From the IMG/VR virus record IMGVR_UViG_640753024_000004, positions 1-16,173 of that record: a stretch of 16,173 bases of DNA; one strand, 5' to 3'. The notes beneath the pieces were generated by a model that saw nothing but the letters and a program-made list of their open reading frames with translations, did no database searches and had not been told where the DNA came from. Shown in pieces: positions 1-8,307 of the stretch. Numbering within the stretch: the first letter of the stretch is position 1; every line of letters starts with the position of its first letter. The position numbers and the translations under genes were made by a program. The DNA is from a virus (lineage: Duplodnaviria > Heunggongvirae > Uroviricota > Caudoviricetes).

Positions 1-996
1 TTATGGACGCATTATGGACATTCCTGACACCGGGTTAAGAGTCACAGCATCTTGTAAGAAATCCGGTGCAAAGTGTGCGTAGGTCATAGTTTGCTGAATG
101 TTAGAATGACCCAGGATGCGCTGCAATGTGATTATGTTACCTCCATTCATTATAAAATGTGTGGCAAATGTATGCCTCAAAACATGTACTGCTTGTCCGT
201 CAGGTAAATCGGGTTTTACTTCCCTGAGAGCGTTACGCACTTTGTAGTAACTGGCATTAAAAAGCCTGCCTGAATTTTTGGTCTTGATCCGTTTAATCAG
301 GTCCTGCGAAACGGGAATTGTCCTGCGTTTTCCGTTTTTAGTTTTCATAAACGTAACCATCTGGTTAATGATGTGTTCAGCTTTTAAATTAGACACTTCA
401 CTCCAGCGTCCACCAGTAGAAAGGCAGACCAGAGTTGCATTTAATTCATCACCATCAAGCATGGATAACAGCCGCGTAATCTCTTCACTGGACAAAAAAG
501 CCATTTCCGTAACAGCTTCACGTAACCGTTTAATCTCACGGAACGGGTTGTGGGAGTGGTATTCACCGGCGTCAATTAACTTGGTGAACATCCCGCTCAT
601 TATTGCCAGATGTCGATTTACGCTGGCTGGTTTTAGACCATCGTTCATCATTACAACGCGATAATCAGTTATCGTTTTCTTTGTTAGCTGGTCAGCTCTG
701 GACACTCCCATTTCTGCAAATTTGGCGATTATTGTCGTTAAACGCCCCCGTTCAATATCTCCACGCTCATGTGATTTTCCGTGATATATCCACCATCTAC
801 CTAACAACTCTGTAAGAGTTCGGCGGTCGGCTGGTTTCTCCAACCACTCTTTGTTGTGGTAGTTAACCAATACATGACGTTCGAATGCCTGAGCTTCACC
901 TTTAGTTTTAAATTTCCGCCTGATACGTTTTCCATCTGCACCCTGCGGTCTGACGTCCACTTCATAACGACCATCATCGAGCTTTTTAATAGACAT
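1..996 (-). CDS. int: Prophage tyrosine integrase (P2 Int-like), 331 aa
   Basis: Full ORF on the minus strand ending at the window edge. Position next to a leftward repressor gene matches the P2 int-C arrangement. Family assignment is from my reading of the translated sequence, not a search. Confidence 0.85.
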   Translation of the reverse strand: MSIKKLDDGRYEVDVRPQGADGKRIRRKFKTKGEAQAFERHVLVNYHNKEWLEKPADRRTLTELLGRWWIYHGKSHERGDIERGRLTTIIAKFAEMGVSRADQLTKKTITDYRVVMMNDGLKPASVNRHLAIMSGMFTKLIDAGEYHSHNPFREIKRLREAVTEMAFLSSEEITRLLSMLDGDELNATLVCLSTGGRWSEVSNLKAEHIINQMVTFMKTKNGKRRTIPVSQDLIKRIKTKNSGRLFNASYYKVRNALREVKPDLPDGQAVHVLRHTFATHFIMNGGNIITLQRILGHSNIQQTMTYAHFAPDFLQDAVTLNPVSGMSIMRP

Positions 997-1089
997 AAAG
1001 CCCTCCGATGACGCTGTTTACTTCTACTACTTGAAAATTAATGCAATTTTCTTTCGTACATTTACTACACACATATGCTGAATAAATCG

Positions 1090-1389
1090 TCAGCCAGTCT
1101 TCTGGTCTGAGTGGTGCAAGGTTGTTGAGTCTTGCCCAATGTGTGCGAGAGCCGGGGCTATTTGTCCAGCTGCTGGATCTGTTTCATCAAACATGAACCA
1201 GTCACGATACTTGCGAAAGCGTGGATGCTTAAACAGCTTCATACCTGCTTCCATAGGCATTTTTGATTTTCCTGATTCATATCCATGATATGTGTAGTAA
1301 TTAATTCCAATTAATTCAGCAAGTTCCTTAGTTTTAAGACGTTCGGATTCACGGATGAGCTTTAGTTTCTCACTTTGTTCACTTGACAT
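1090..1389 (-). CDS. C: Immunity repressor, P2 C-like, 99 aa from the ATG at 1389
   Basis: The ORF track starts at a TTG at 1407; the first ATG (1389) gives MSSEQSEKLK..., 99 aa, the length of P2 C. The C-terminal stretch GQIAPALAH..SGQKTG resembles what I recall of P2 C, while the N-terminal half looks different. A GGAG lies about 12 nt upstream of the ATG. Confidence 0.7.
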   Translation of the reverse strand: MSSEQSEKLKLIRESERLKTKELAELIGINYYTYHGYESGKSKMPMEAGMKLFKHPRFRKYRDWFMFDETDPAAGQIAPALAHIGQDSTTLHHSDQKTG

Positions 1390-1497
1390 AATTTTGCTAA
1401 TCTCCAATTATATTGCTACTTGGCAATTTGTGATTCACTCAAAAAGGCTCTAGATGGCTCCAGTTGGTGAATCGCAAATCTTATGGAGGATAGCAAA
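1390..1497. promoter_or_regulatory. Immunity switch region between the divergent C and cox-like genes, with a 13-bp inverted repeat (ATTTGTGATTCAC at 1426-1438, GTGAATCGCAAAT at 1467-1479)
   Basis: The inverted repeat (12 of 13 positions complementary, 28-bp spacer) is seen directly. Its role as operator and the presence of Pe/Pc-type promoters are inferred from P2/186 biology. Confidence 0.45.
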
Positions 1498-1854
1498 GTG
1501 ACGACAAATGTAGAAATTTCTTGTCCAACTAGCGATGAGGCAAGTTTCGAAAATGAAGCCAAACGTAAAAGCATTCAGATTTCAGAGCGCCCATCTGATT
1601 TGCTGTCGAAAGAAGGTTTTGCTCTTTACATCGGTAAGACACCACGCGCGGTGGCTGAAATGGCTAAAGCAGGAAAGCTGCCAGCCTTCTACATGACAGA
1701 CCCATTAAAACCAAGAGGGAAAGCTGAATTATGGATTAATCGCCGTGAGTGGGACAAGTACGCAGCCCAACTGGTTGATGAAGCTCCGACAGAATGGCAT
1801 GACTGGAAAAATCGCATTAGTTACAGCAAATCAAGACATGGCCGTGCGGCTTAA
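1498..1854 (+). CDS. cox: Cox-like excisionase / HTH regulator; start uncertain (GTG 1498 after GGAGGA, or ATG 1483)
   Basis: First rightward gene, opposite the repressor. The segment ...ALYIGKTPRAVAEMAKAGKLPAFYMTDP... follows the pattern I recall for P2 Cox. The product is longer than the 91-aa P2 Cox. Confidence 0.55.
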   Translation: MTTNVEISCPTSDEASFENEAKRKSIQISERPSDLLSKEGFALYIGKTPRAVAEMAKAGKLPAFYMTDPLKPRGKAELWINRREWDKYAAQLVDEAPTEWHDWKNRISYSKSRHGRAA

Positions 1855-1864
1855 GGTGGAAAGG

Positions 1865-2035
1865 ATGAATGAGCCTCGTTGTATTGCTCAGTTATTGCGT
1901 AACGAAAGCCCCAGGGCGATTGACTTCACCATCACCCACGGTAAGGGGCGTAAGGGAATCATTATCCGCACCAAAAAACAGAGTCCGTTAAAAAAGGCTC
2001 TGACCTTTCTGAAAAGCCGGAGGGTCTGGAAATGA
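1865..2035 (+). CDS. Small hypothetical protein at the P2 orf78 position; start uncertain (ATG 1865 after AAGGTGGAAAGG, or ATG 1838, or 1745)
   Basis: ORF in the rightward early operon. Its stop overlaps the next start as ATGA at 2032-2035. Confidence 0.4.
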   Translation: MNEPRCIAQLLRNESPRAIDFTITHGKGRKGIIIRTKKQSPLKKALTFLKSRRVWK

Positions 2036-2532
2036 CAGTGATGACGCTCAATCTCGTCGAAAAACAGCCAGCAGCTATGCGCCGGATAATTGGTAAGCAT
2101 CTTGCCGTCCCTCGCTGGCAGGATACATGTGATTATTATAATCAGATGATGGAGCGCGAACGGCTAACAGTTTGCTTTCATGCGCAGTTAAAACAACGTC
2201 ACGCAACGATGCGTTTTGAAGAAATGAACGACGTCGAACGTGAACGGCTGGTTTGTGCAATTGATGAACTGCGTGGGGCATTCTCAAAACGCCGTCAGGT
2301 TGGCGCAAGTGAGTATGCATATATTAGTTTTTTAACCGTCAGTCAGCGCCGTACTTTATTTATGCACGCACGACTGACAGAAAAAGAATTTAACCAGCCA
2401 TACTGGCGAATTAATGAAGAATCATGTTACTGGCGTGATGCTTTATTCCGTGCATTACGTGAATTATTCAGCCTGTTTGAGTATGCACCGACAATTCTGA
2501 CGTCGGTAAAACCAGAGCAATATCTGCATTAA
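2032..2532 (+). CDS. B: Replication protein B-like, 166 aa
   Basis: Called by synteny (after cox/orf78, before the small ORFs and gene A) and by its 166-aa length, which matches what I recall for P2 B. Sequence identity was not verified. Confidence 0.6.
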   Translation: MTVMTLNLVEKQPAAMRRIIGKHLAVPRWQDTCDYYNQMMERERLTVCFHAQLKQRHATMRFEEMNDVERERLVCAIDELRGAFSKRRQVGASEYAYISFLTVSQRRTLFMHARLTEKEFNQPYWRINEESCYWRDALFRALRELFSLFEYAPTILTSVKPEQYLH

Positions 2533-2595
2533 ATAATTAACCAGAGTTTTTAACGCACTTAATTGTGCGGGGTTTCTTTTTGCCTGGAGAAAGTC

Positions 2596-2820
2596 ATGCA
2601 TACAGTTTCTGAAAATCAGTGCGGTAAATACGCATTACTGCTGCAACAGGCCAGAACCGAAGCACAGGCCGACGCTGCGACGCGCTTTTCTTCTCATCTT
2701 GACGCCATGATTCGCCACATCACAAAGGCGGAGTTATCCCGCGTGGAGATAGTCGAGCTGCTCAGTCAGGAGTCGGAAAAATTTCACAATATCGGATTGT
2801 CTCGCGGGGAGGTGCTTTGA
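2596..2820 (+). CDS. Hypothetical early protein (P2 orf80 position), 74 aa from ATG 2596
   Basis: GGAGAAA lies upstream of ATG 2596; the track start at 2563 is a TTG. A short stem (CGCAC/GTGCG) with a T-rich tail sits just upstream at about 2553-2581. Confidence 0.5.
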   Translation: MHTVSENQCGKYALLLQQARTEAQADAATRFSSHLDAMIRHITKAELSRVEIVELLSQESEKFHNIGLSRGEVL

Positions 2821-3122
2821 TGTCCTGTTCTCGTTCAGTTGTATTACTGAATAACGCCTTAAAAATCACCGTTATGAAAAATGGCGATTTATCTCTTATT
2901 CAACTTGGTCTTGATAAAGAAAAACGCGAAATAACTGAGTCTGTTATCGCGATTTATCAGAACGAATTAAATCTCCTGTCTGATGTGGTCAATTTACTTG
3001 TTAAACGCGCTGTATTTCACAAGCAAATCTCCTCCGTGGATGAACTGACGAAATTAACGACAGAAATTGCCAGCTATTGCGCTGATGAATTTAAAAAACT
3101 TAACGACAAAAGGAGCTGGTAA
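2820..3122 (+). CDS. Hypothetical early protein (P2 orf81 position)
   Basis: ATG overlaps the previous stop (TGATG), suggesting translational coupling. An alternative start is ATG 2874 (MKNGDL...). Confidence 0.5.
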   Translation: MSCSRSVVLLNNALKITVMKNGDLSLIQLGLDKEKREITESVIAIYQNELNLLSDVVNLLVKRAVFHKQISSVDELTKLTTEIASYCADEFKKLNDKRSW

Positions 3123-3346
3123 TGCCGGACAACGTAGATTTTATTCAGGAACAACAGGCTGAATTACTGGAGCGTCAGATTAACGCGGCAAGGGTAAAAC
3201 ATTGCGGTGCTTCTGCGCTGGTTTGCGAAGAGTGTGACGCGCCAATACCTGCTGCCCGTCGTGCGGCTTATCCGTCAGCCACGCGTTGTGTTTCCTGCCA
3301 GTCAGTCTTTGAAGCAAAAAACAAACATTACCGGAGAACGGCATGA
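3122..3346 (+). CDS. TraR/DksA-family C4 zinc-finger protein (P2 orf82 position), 74 aa
   Basis: Two Cys pairs (C..C.EEC and C.SC). AGGAG is upstream and the start overlaps the previous stop as TAATG. Confidence 0.7.
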   Translation: MPDNVDFIQEQQAELLERQINAARVKHCGASALVCEECDAPIPAARRAAYPSATRCVSCQSVFEAKNKHYRRTA

Positions 3347-3618
3347 GTATTCGTATTGAAATTGGCGAACGTTATGTCGTTACCAGTGACAGCTTTCAGT
3401 TTATTCTCCACGAGAAAAAGAGAGCGGAAAGCGGTAAAAACGCCGGTCAGGAATGGCTGGCGGTGGTTGGTTATTATCCGAAATTAAGCCAGCTCGTTTC
3501 CGGCCTGATGCATCACGATATTCTGACCGGAAGCGCAAAGTCTTTTGCTGATTTAAACGCGCAGGTTGAGCAACTCAGCAGGCGTTGTTCAGAGGCTTTT
3601 GGCTCATATGGCCGTTAA
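3343..3618 (+). CDS. Hypothetical early protein (P2 orf83 position), 91 aa
   Basis: Start overlaps the previous stop (ATGA). Its stop overlaps the start of gene A. Confidence 0.55.
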   Translation: MSIRIEIGERYVVTSDSFQFILHEKKRAESGKNAGQEWLAVVGYYPKLSQLVSGLMHHDILTGSAKSFADLNAQVEQLSRRCSEAFGSYGR

Positions 3619-5884
3619 AGCCTCCGGGCGTTTTGTCCCTCCGTCAGCATTTGCCGCAGGCACCGGTAAGGCGTTTACCGGTGCTTATGCATGGAACGCG
3701 CCACGCGAGGCTGTCGGGCGCGAAAGACCCCTTACACGTGACGAGATGCGTCAGGTGCAAGGGGTTTTATCCACGATTAACCGTCTGCCTTACTTTTTGC
3801 GCTCGCTGTTTACTTCACGCTATGACTACATCCGGCGCAATAAAAGCCCGGTGCACGGGTTTTATTTTCTCACATCCACTTTTCAGCGTCGTTTATGGCC
3901 GCGCATTGAGCGTGTGAATCAGCGCCATGAAATGAACACCGACGCGTCGTTGCTGTTTCTGGCAGAGCGTGACCACTATGCGCGCCTGCCGGGAATGAAT
4001 GACAAGGAGCTGAAAAAGTTTGCCGCCCGTATCTCATCGCAGCTTTTCATGATGTATGAGGAACTCAGCGATGCCTGGGTGGATGCGCATGGCGAAAAAG
4101 AATCGCTGTTTACGGATGAGGCGCAGGCTCACCTCTATGGTCATGTTGCTGGCGCTGCACGTGCTTTCAATATTTCCCCGCTCTACTGGAAAAAATACCG
4201 TAAAGGACAGATGACCACGAGGCAGGCATATTCTGCCATTGCCCGTCTGTTTAACGATGAGTGGTGGACTCATCAGCTCAAAGGCCAGCGTATGCGCTGG
4301 CATGAGGCGTTACTGATTGCTGTCGGGGAGGTGAATAAAGACCGTTCTCCTTATGCCAGTAAACATGCCATTCGTGATGTACGTGCACGCCGCCAGGCAA
4401 ATCTGGAATTTCTTAAATCGTGTGACCTTGAAAACAGGGAAACCGGCGAGCGCATCGACCTTATCAGTAAGGTGATGGGCAGTATTTCTAATCCTGAAAT
4501 TCGCCGGATGGAGCTGATGAACACCATTGCCGGCATTGAGCGTTACGCCGCCGCAGAGGGTGATGTGGGGATGTTTATCACGCTGACCGCGCCGTCAAAG
4601 TATCACCCGACACGTCAGGTCGGAAAAGGCGAAAGTAAAACCGTCCAGCTAAATCACGGCTGGAACGATGAGGCATTTAATCCAAAGGATGCGCAGCGTT
4701 ATCTCTGCCATATCTGGAGCCTGATGCGCACGGCATTCAAGGATAATGATTTACAGGTCTACGGTTTGCGTGTCGTCGAGCCACACCACGACGGAACGCC
4801 GCACTGGCATATGATGCTTTTTTGTAATCCACGCCAGCGTAACCAGATTATTGAAATCATGCGTCGCTACGCGCTCAAAGAGGATGGAGACGAAAGAGGA
4901 GCCGCGCGAAACCGTTTTCAGGCAAAACATCTTAACCGGGGCGGTGCTGCGGGGTATATCGCGAAATACATCTCAAAAAACATCGATGGCTATGCACTGG
5001 ATGGTCAGCTCGATAACGATACCGGCAGGCCACTGAAAGATACTGCTGCGGCTGTTACCGCATGGGCGTCAACGTGGCGCATTCCGCAATTTAAAACGGT
5101 TGGCCTGCCGACAATGGGGGCTTACCGTGAACTACGCAAATTGCCTCGCGGCGTCAGCATTGCTGATGAATTTGACGAACGCGTCGAGGCTGCACGCGCC
5201 GCCGCAGACAGTGGTGATTTTGCGTTGTATATCAGCGCGCAGGGCGGGGCAAATGTCCCGCGCGATTGTCAGACTGTCAGGGTCGCCCGTAGCCCGTCGG
5301 ATGACGTTAACGAGTACGAGGAAGAAGTCGAGAGAGTGGTCGGCATTTACGCGCCGCATCTCGGCGCGCGTCATATTCATATCACCAGAACGACGGACTG
5401 GCGCATTGTGCCGAAAGTTCCGGTCGTTGAGCCTTTGACTTTAAAAAGCGGCATCGCCGCGCCTCGGAGTCCTGTCAATAACTGTGGAAAGCTCACCGGT
5501 GGTGATACTTCGTTACCGGCTCCCACACCTTCTGAACACGCCGCAGCAGTGCTTAATCTGGTTGATGACGGTGTTATCGAATGGAACGACACGGAGGTCG
5601 TGAGGGCGCTCAGGGGGGCATTAAAACACGACCTGAGAACACCAAATCGTCAGCAAAGAAACGGAAGCCCGTTAAAACCACATGAAATTGCACCATCGGC
5701 CAGACTGACCCGGTCGGAAAGAATGCAAATTACCCGTATCCGCGTTGACCTTGCTCAGAACGGTATCAGGCCGCAGCGATGGGAGCTTGAGGCGCTGGCG
5801 CGTGGCGCGACCGTAAATTATTACGGGAAATCTTTCAATTATCAGGTCGCTGATGAGTGGCCTGGATTTTTGTTACCCATTTGA
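3608..5884 (+). CDS. A: Rolling-circle replication initiator endonuclease gpA (HUH family), about 758 aa
   Basis: Contains the HUH-type active-site tyrosine motif GYIAKYISKNIDG. The whole protein matches my recollection of P2 gpA. ATG 3608 (MAVKASGRF...) is preferred over the in-frame TTG at 3566. Confidence 0.9.
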   Translation: MAVKASGRFVPPSAFAAGTGKAFTGAYAWNAPREAVGRERPLTRDEMRQVQGVLSTINRLPYFLRSLFTSRYDYIRRNKSPVHGFYFLTSTFQRRLWPRIERVNQRHEMNTDASLLFLAERDHYARLPGMNDKELKKFAARISSQLFMMYEELSDAWVDAHGEKESLFTDEAQAHLYGHVAGAARAFNISPLYWKKYRKGQMTTRQAYSAIARLFNDEWWTHQLKGQRMRWHEALLIAVGEVNKDRSPYASKHAIRDVRARRQANLEFLKSCDLENRETGERIDLISKVMGSISNPEIRRMELMNTIAGIERYAAAEGDVGMFITLTAPSKYHPTRQVGKGESKTVQLNHGWNDEAFNPKDAQRYLCHIWSLMRTAFKDNDLQVYGLRVVEPHHDGTPHWHMMLFCNPRQRNQIIEIMRRYALKEDGDERGAARNRFQAKHLNRGGAAGYIAKYISKNIDGYALDGQLDNDTGRPLKDTAAAVTAWASTWRIPQFKTVGLPTMGAYRELRKLPRGVSIADEFDERVEAARAAADSGDFALYISAQGGANVPRDCQTVRVARSPSDDVNEYEEEVERVVGIYAPHLGARHIHITRTTDWRIVPKVPVVEPLTLKSGIAAPRSPVNNCGKLTGGDTSLPAPTPSEHAAAVLNLVDDGVIEWNDTEVVRALRGALKHDLRTPNRQQRNGSPLKPHEIAPSARLTRSERMQITRIRVDLAQNGIRPQRWELEALARGATVNYYGKSFNYQVADEWPGFLLPI

Positions 5885-6150
5885 GTAAAAATGCAGCGTG
5901 ATTTTATATGCCTTTGAATGGATTATGCGAAGCGCCTCTAAGGCAGATGAGGAGCAATAGCATGCTGAAGTAGAAGGCTAAATTGTATTGAATCGCTAGC
6001 ATGTAATTTAAGGCAGCTATTTGATTCGAGTCATAAAAGAGCATCTATTTCGGCTAATAAAACCATTGCGAGTGACCTTTTGTCGAAGCATAATTCATCT
6101 CGAGCGAAGTCTTGCTAGTCTTTCATCGGAATGATGACAGGCGCAAAAAA

Positions 6151-6174
6151 ACCACCCTGGCAGGTGGTTTTTTT
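6151..6174. terminator. Bidirectional rho-independent terminator (ACCACC-CTGGC-AGGTGGT hairpin with an A-run before and a T-run after)
   Basis: Seen directly: aaaaaaACCACCctggcaGGTGGTttttttt. It lies downstream of gene A on the plus strand and downstream of the 37-aa ORF on the minus strand. Confidence 0.5.
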
Positions 6175-6186
6175 GTTTGAAGCATA

Positions 6187-6300
6187 TTAAAGAATAATAC
6201 TTACATGGATATTACTGACGTTTACTGACAAACCACTTGGACTACCATATGGATAGCCAAAGAGGGCCAGAACGAGAATGCAGTAATAGCACTTCTTCAT
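6187..6300 (-). CDS. Candidate 37-aa peptide MKKCYYCILVLALFGYPYGSPSGLSVNVSNIHVSIIL
   Basis: ATG preceded by AGGAGGAGAT on the minus strand. The stop sits 13 nt from the terminator hairpin. The N-terminus is hydrophobic. The ORF is not in the supplied track because it is too short. Confidence 0.35.
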   Translation of the reverse strand: MKKCYYCILVLALFGYPYGSPSGLSVNVSNIHVSIIL

Positions 6301-6872
6301 ATCTCCTCCTGTAAGCAGAGGGCAATTTCCGCCGATATATGCGCTTCTGAGGCGGAGTTACTATTTAGCGAAGTCTTGCCCTGAAATAATGCTCTGTTTA
6401 AACGCAAAGTGATCTGGCATATCACCGAACAGAGAGCCTGAACAACACAACATATAGTATGTCGTTGTTTCTGGTTGCATTTTATGTTGTGTAATACTGG
6501 TTTTGCATCAAGGATGTTTGAGCTTTTTTTGATATAGCTCAAAGTAAAAAGCAGGGACTACGGATGATAAGGTATTGAAAGCAATGTAAATTTTTTAAAG
6601 TTATTGGTGGCTAAAAAATGCACGGTTTCAATATGGCGGACTTAAATAAGCAATTAAAAAAGTCATAAATATCACTAAAATCATGGTGTTACGTTTTTTT
6701 TGTGGGAGCTGCGGTGACGCTTAAGTTGATTTGTCATTAAATAAGCCGTGCATGCAACAAGTGAATGTTTTTGCATGCGTCGGGGATGCCCGTTCCAGCT
6801 GCTCGCGGTCAGAGCTGGTGCGGATCCATAGTATCTATGCAACTGCATTAAAACCGCCACATGAAGCGGGCG

Positions 6873-6891
6873 GGCGAGGCGGGGAAAGCAC
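6873..6891. other. cos site: exact match to the P2/P4 19-nt cohesive-end sequence GGCGAGGCGGGGAAAGCAC
   Basis: The 19-mer is seen directly. Identity to the P2 cos sequence is from memory. The position (after the gene A region, before the portal gene) matches the P2 prophage map. Confidence 0.7.
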
Positions 6892-6934
6892 CGCGCGTAA
6901 GATAAACAGAAGAGCGAAGGATTATGGTTGAGTA

Positions 6935-6997
6935 TTTGTGTTTTTGTACATATGATAAAAAGGTGTTTACGCTTAAAAACACATCAAAGGAGATGAT
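6935..6997 (+). promoter_or_regulatory. AT-rich putative promoter and RBS (AGGAG about 6 nt before the ATG) of the ATPase cassette
   Basis: Contains TTGTGT/TTGTAC and TATGAT-like hexamers and an SD sequence. Exact -35/-10 assignment is unresolved. Confidence 0.3.
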
Positions 6998-8299
6998 ATG
7001 GAAAATATAAAGATTGATAAGTTTCTCACTATTCAAAAAGTTGATATTCCTCTTAAGAAAGTGAATATATTTATTGGGCCTCAGGCACAGGGGAAAAGTG
7101 TCATTGCAAAGCTAATAAAATATTTTAAAGATTATCCTATGGATATACTACGAGCTTCAACAGAGGGTAAAACTAAAAGAGATATATTGAAGGAGCAAAA
7201 GAATAAGTTTAGTAAAATTTTCCCTCAGCAGTATTGGGCTGATGATGAGTTTTTTATTGAGTATAGTAATAAGCACTATTGGGTGCGGATTACTAATCGA
7301 AAAAATAGCAAAGGGTCATTGAAAATAGACCTTTCTGAGAATTTAACGAAGACGATTGCTAAACTTCGTTTGATTGTACGAAAGGATTTAGATGAAAATA
7401 TTGAGAATTCACTTGCAGAAAGCGTTACGAGAAGACGTAAACGCGGAATTGAACATGAATTGCGAGTATGTCTTTCTCTAGGATTGTTTTCAGAACCAGA
7501 AACAAAGCTTGAAAGTGTTTTTTATATCCCCGCAGGGCGCTCTTTTTTTGCTAATTTGCAAAAAAATGTGTTTTCATTTTTATCCAGTAGTATAGAAATT
7601 GACTACTTTTTGACAGAGTTTGGTTCTCTGTATGAACAAACAAAAAAATTATTTAACCAAGATTACATGATTAGGATGCTTAGGGGGGCTGTGCCTCAAC
7701 ATGTTAATAAACTTGTGGAGGAGTTGATTTGCGGAAAATATATAACAGAAAAGGGTGAGGATTTTATTCGTCATGCTGCTAAGAAGACGAATCTTAACAA
7801 CTCGAGCTCAGGGCAGCAAGAAGCGTTACCAATGGCTTTAATGTTATCCTCATGGCCGTATTTACAGTCTGTGACTAGTAAGAGTTTTATTATTGAGGAG
7901 CCGGAGGCTCATCTGTTTCCTTCTGCCCAAGCAAAAGTTGTATCTTTAATAGCCTCAGCGTATAACCAAGCAGAAAGCTATTGTAGCTATACAATAACAA
8001 CACATAGTCCATATATTCTAAGTGCCTTCAATAATTTGATTCAAGCAGGTAATGCATTAAAGTGTATTAAGGGCAAGAATAATACCGATATCGAACGCTT
8101 ATATAAGCTTGTTCCAGAGTCTCAAATTATTGATTTTGATGATGTGACAGCTTATATGGTTAATGCTGGGAAAGTGACGGAAATACTGGATTCCGAACTA
8201 AATATATTAGATGCGAATGAAATAGATAGGATTTCCTCTATTTTTTCAGAGACTTTTGATGCATTGATTGATATCGAATATTCGGCTACTGTGAATTAG
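6998..8299 (+). CDS. ABC-type ATPase of the OLD/AAA_21-like class, 433 aa; cargo gene
   Basis: Walker A GPQAQGKS, ABC-signature-like SSGQQ, Walker B/D-loop FIIEEPEAHLFP, H-loop TTHSP. AT-rich codon usage unlike the prophage backbone. No C-terminal TOPRIM or nuclease domain is apparent. Confidence 0.85.
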   Translation: MENIKIDKFLTIQKVDIPLKKVNIFIGPQAQGKSVIAKLIKYFKDYPMDILRASTEGKTKRDILKEQKNKFSKIFPQQYWADDEFFIEYSNKHYWVRITNRKNSKGSLKIDLSENLTKTIAKLRLIVRKDLDENIENSLAESVTRRRKRGIEHELRVCLSLGLFSEPETKLESVFYIPAGRSFFANLQKNVFSFLSSSIEIDYFLTEFGSLYEQTKKLFNQDYMIRMLRGAVPQHVNKLVEELICGKYITEKGEDFIRHAAKKTNLNNSSSGQQEALPMALMLSSWPYLQSVTSKSFIIEEPEAHLFPSAQAKVVSLIASAYNQAESYCSYTITTHSPYILSAFNNLIQAGNALKCIKGKNNTDIERLYKLVPESQIIDFDDVTAYMVNAGKVTEILDSELNILDANEIDRISSIFSETFDALIDIEYSATVN

Positions 8300-8307
8300 G
8301 TGATTGA

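Noticed and set aside
278-815. Plus-strand ORFs (128 aa and 70 aa) inside the integrase gene
   Set aside because: They lie antisense within a well-supported integrase ORF, have no RBS and odd composition; they are spurious frames.
3566-3607. Upstream extension of gene A from the track start at 3566
   Set aside because: Position 3566 is a TTG and the extension overlaps the preceding gene. ATG 3608 gives the MAVKASG N-terminus and the expected length.
6297-6542. 81-aa minus-strand ORF
   Set aside because: No convincing RBS, low-complexity translation, and it overlaps the better-supported 37-aa ORF start region. It is probably not a gene, though it could not be excluded without data.
6731-6931. 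66-aa plus-strand ORF spanning the cos site
   Set aside because: It reads through the cos 19-mer and GC-rich cos flank (the GGRGGE segment is simply the cos sequence translated); it is spurious.
7795-7810. Overlapping XhoI/SacI sites (CTCGAGCTC), considered as a possible cloning scar
   Set aside because: The sites fall inside the ATPase ORF at the codons for the signature motif (NNSSSGQQ), so they are most simply coincidental coding sequence.
6998-8299. Calling the ATPase P2 old
   Set aside because: It has OLD-like ATPase motifs but no C-terminal TOPRIM domain, is about 150 aa shorter than the P2 Old length I recall, is AT-rich, and lies on the Q side of cos rather than the gene A side.
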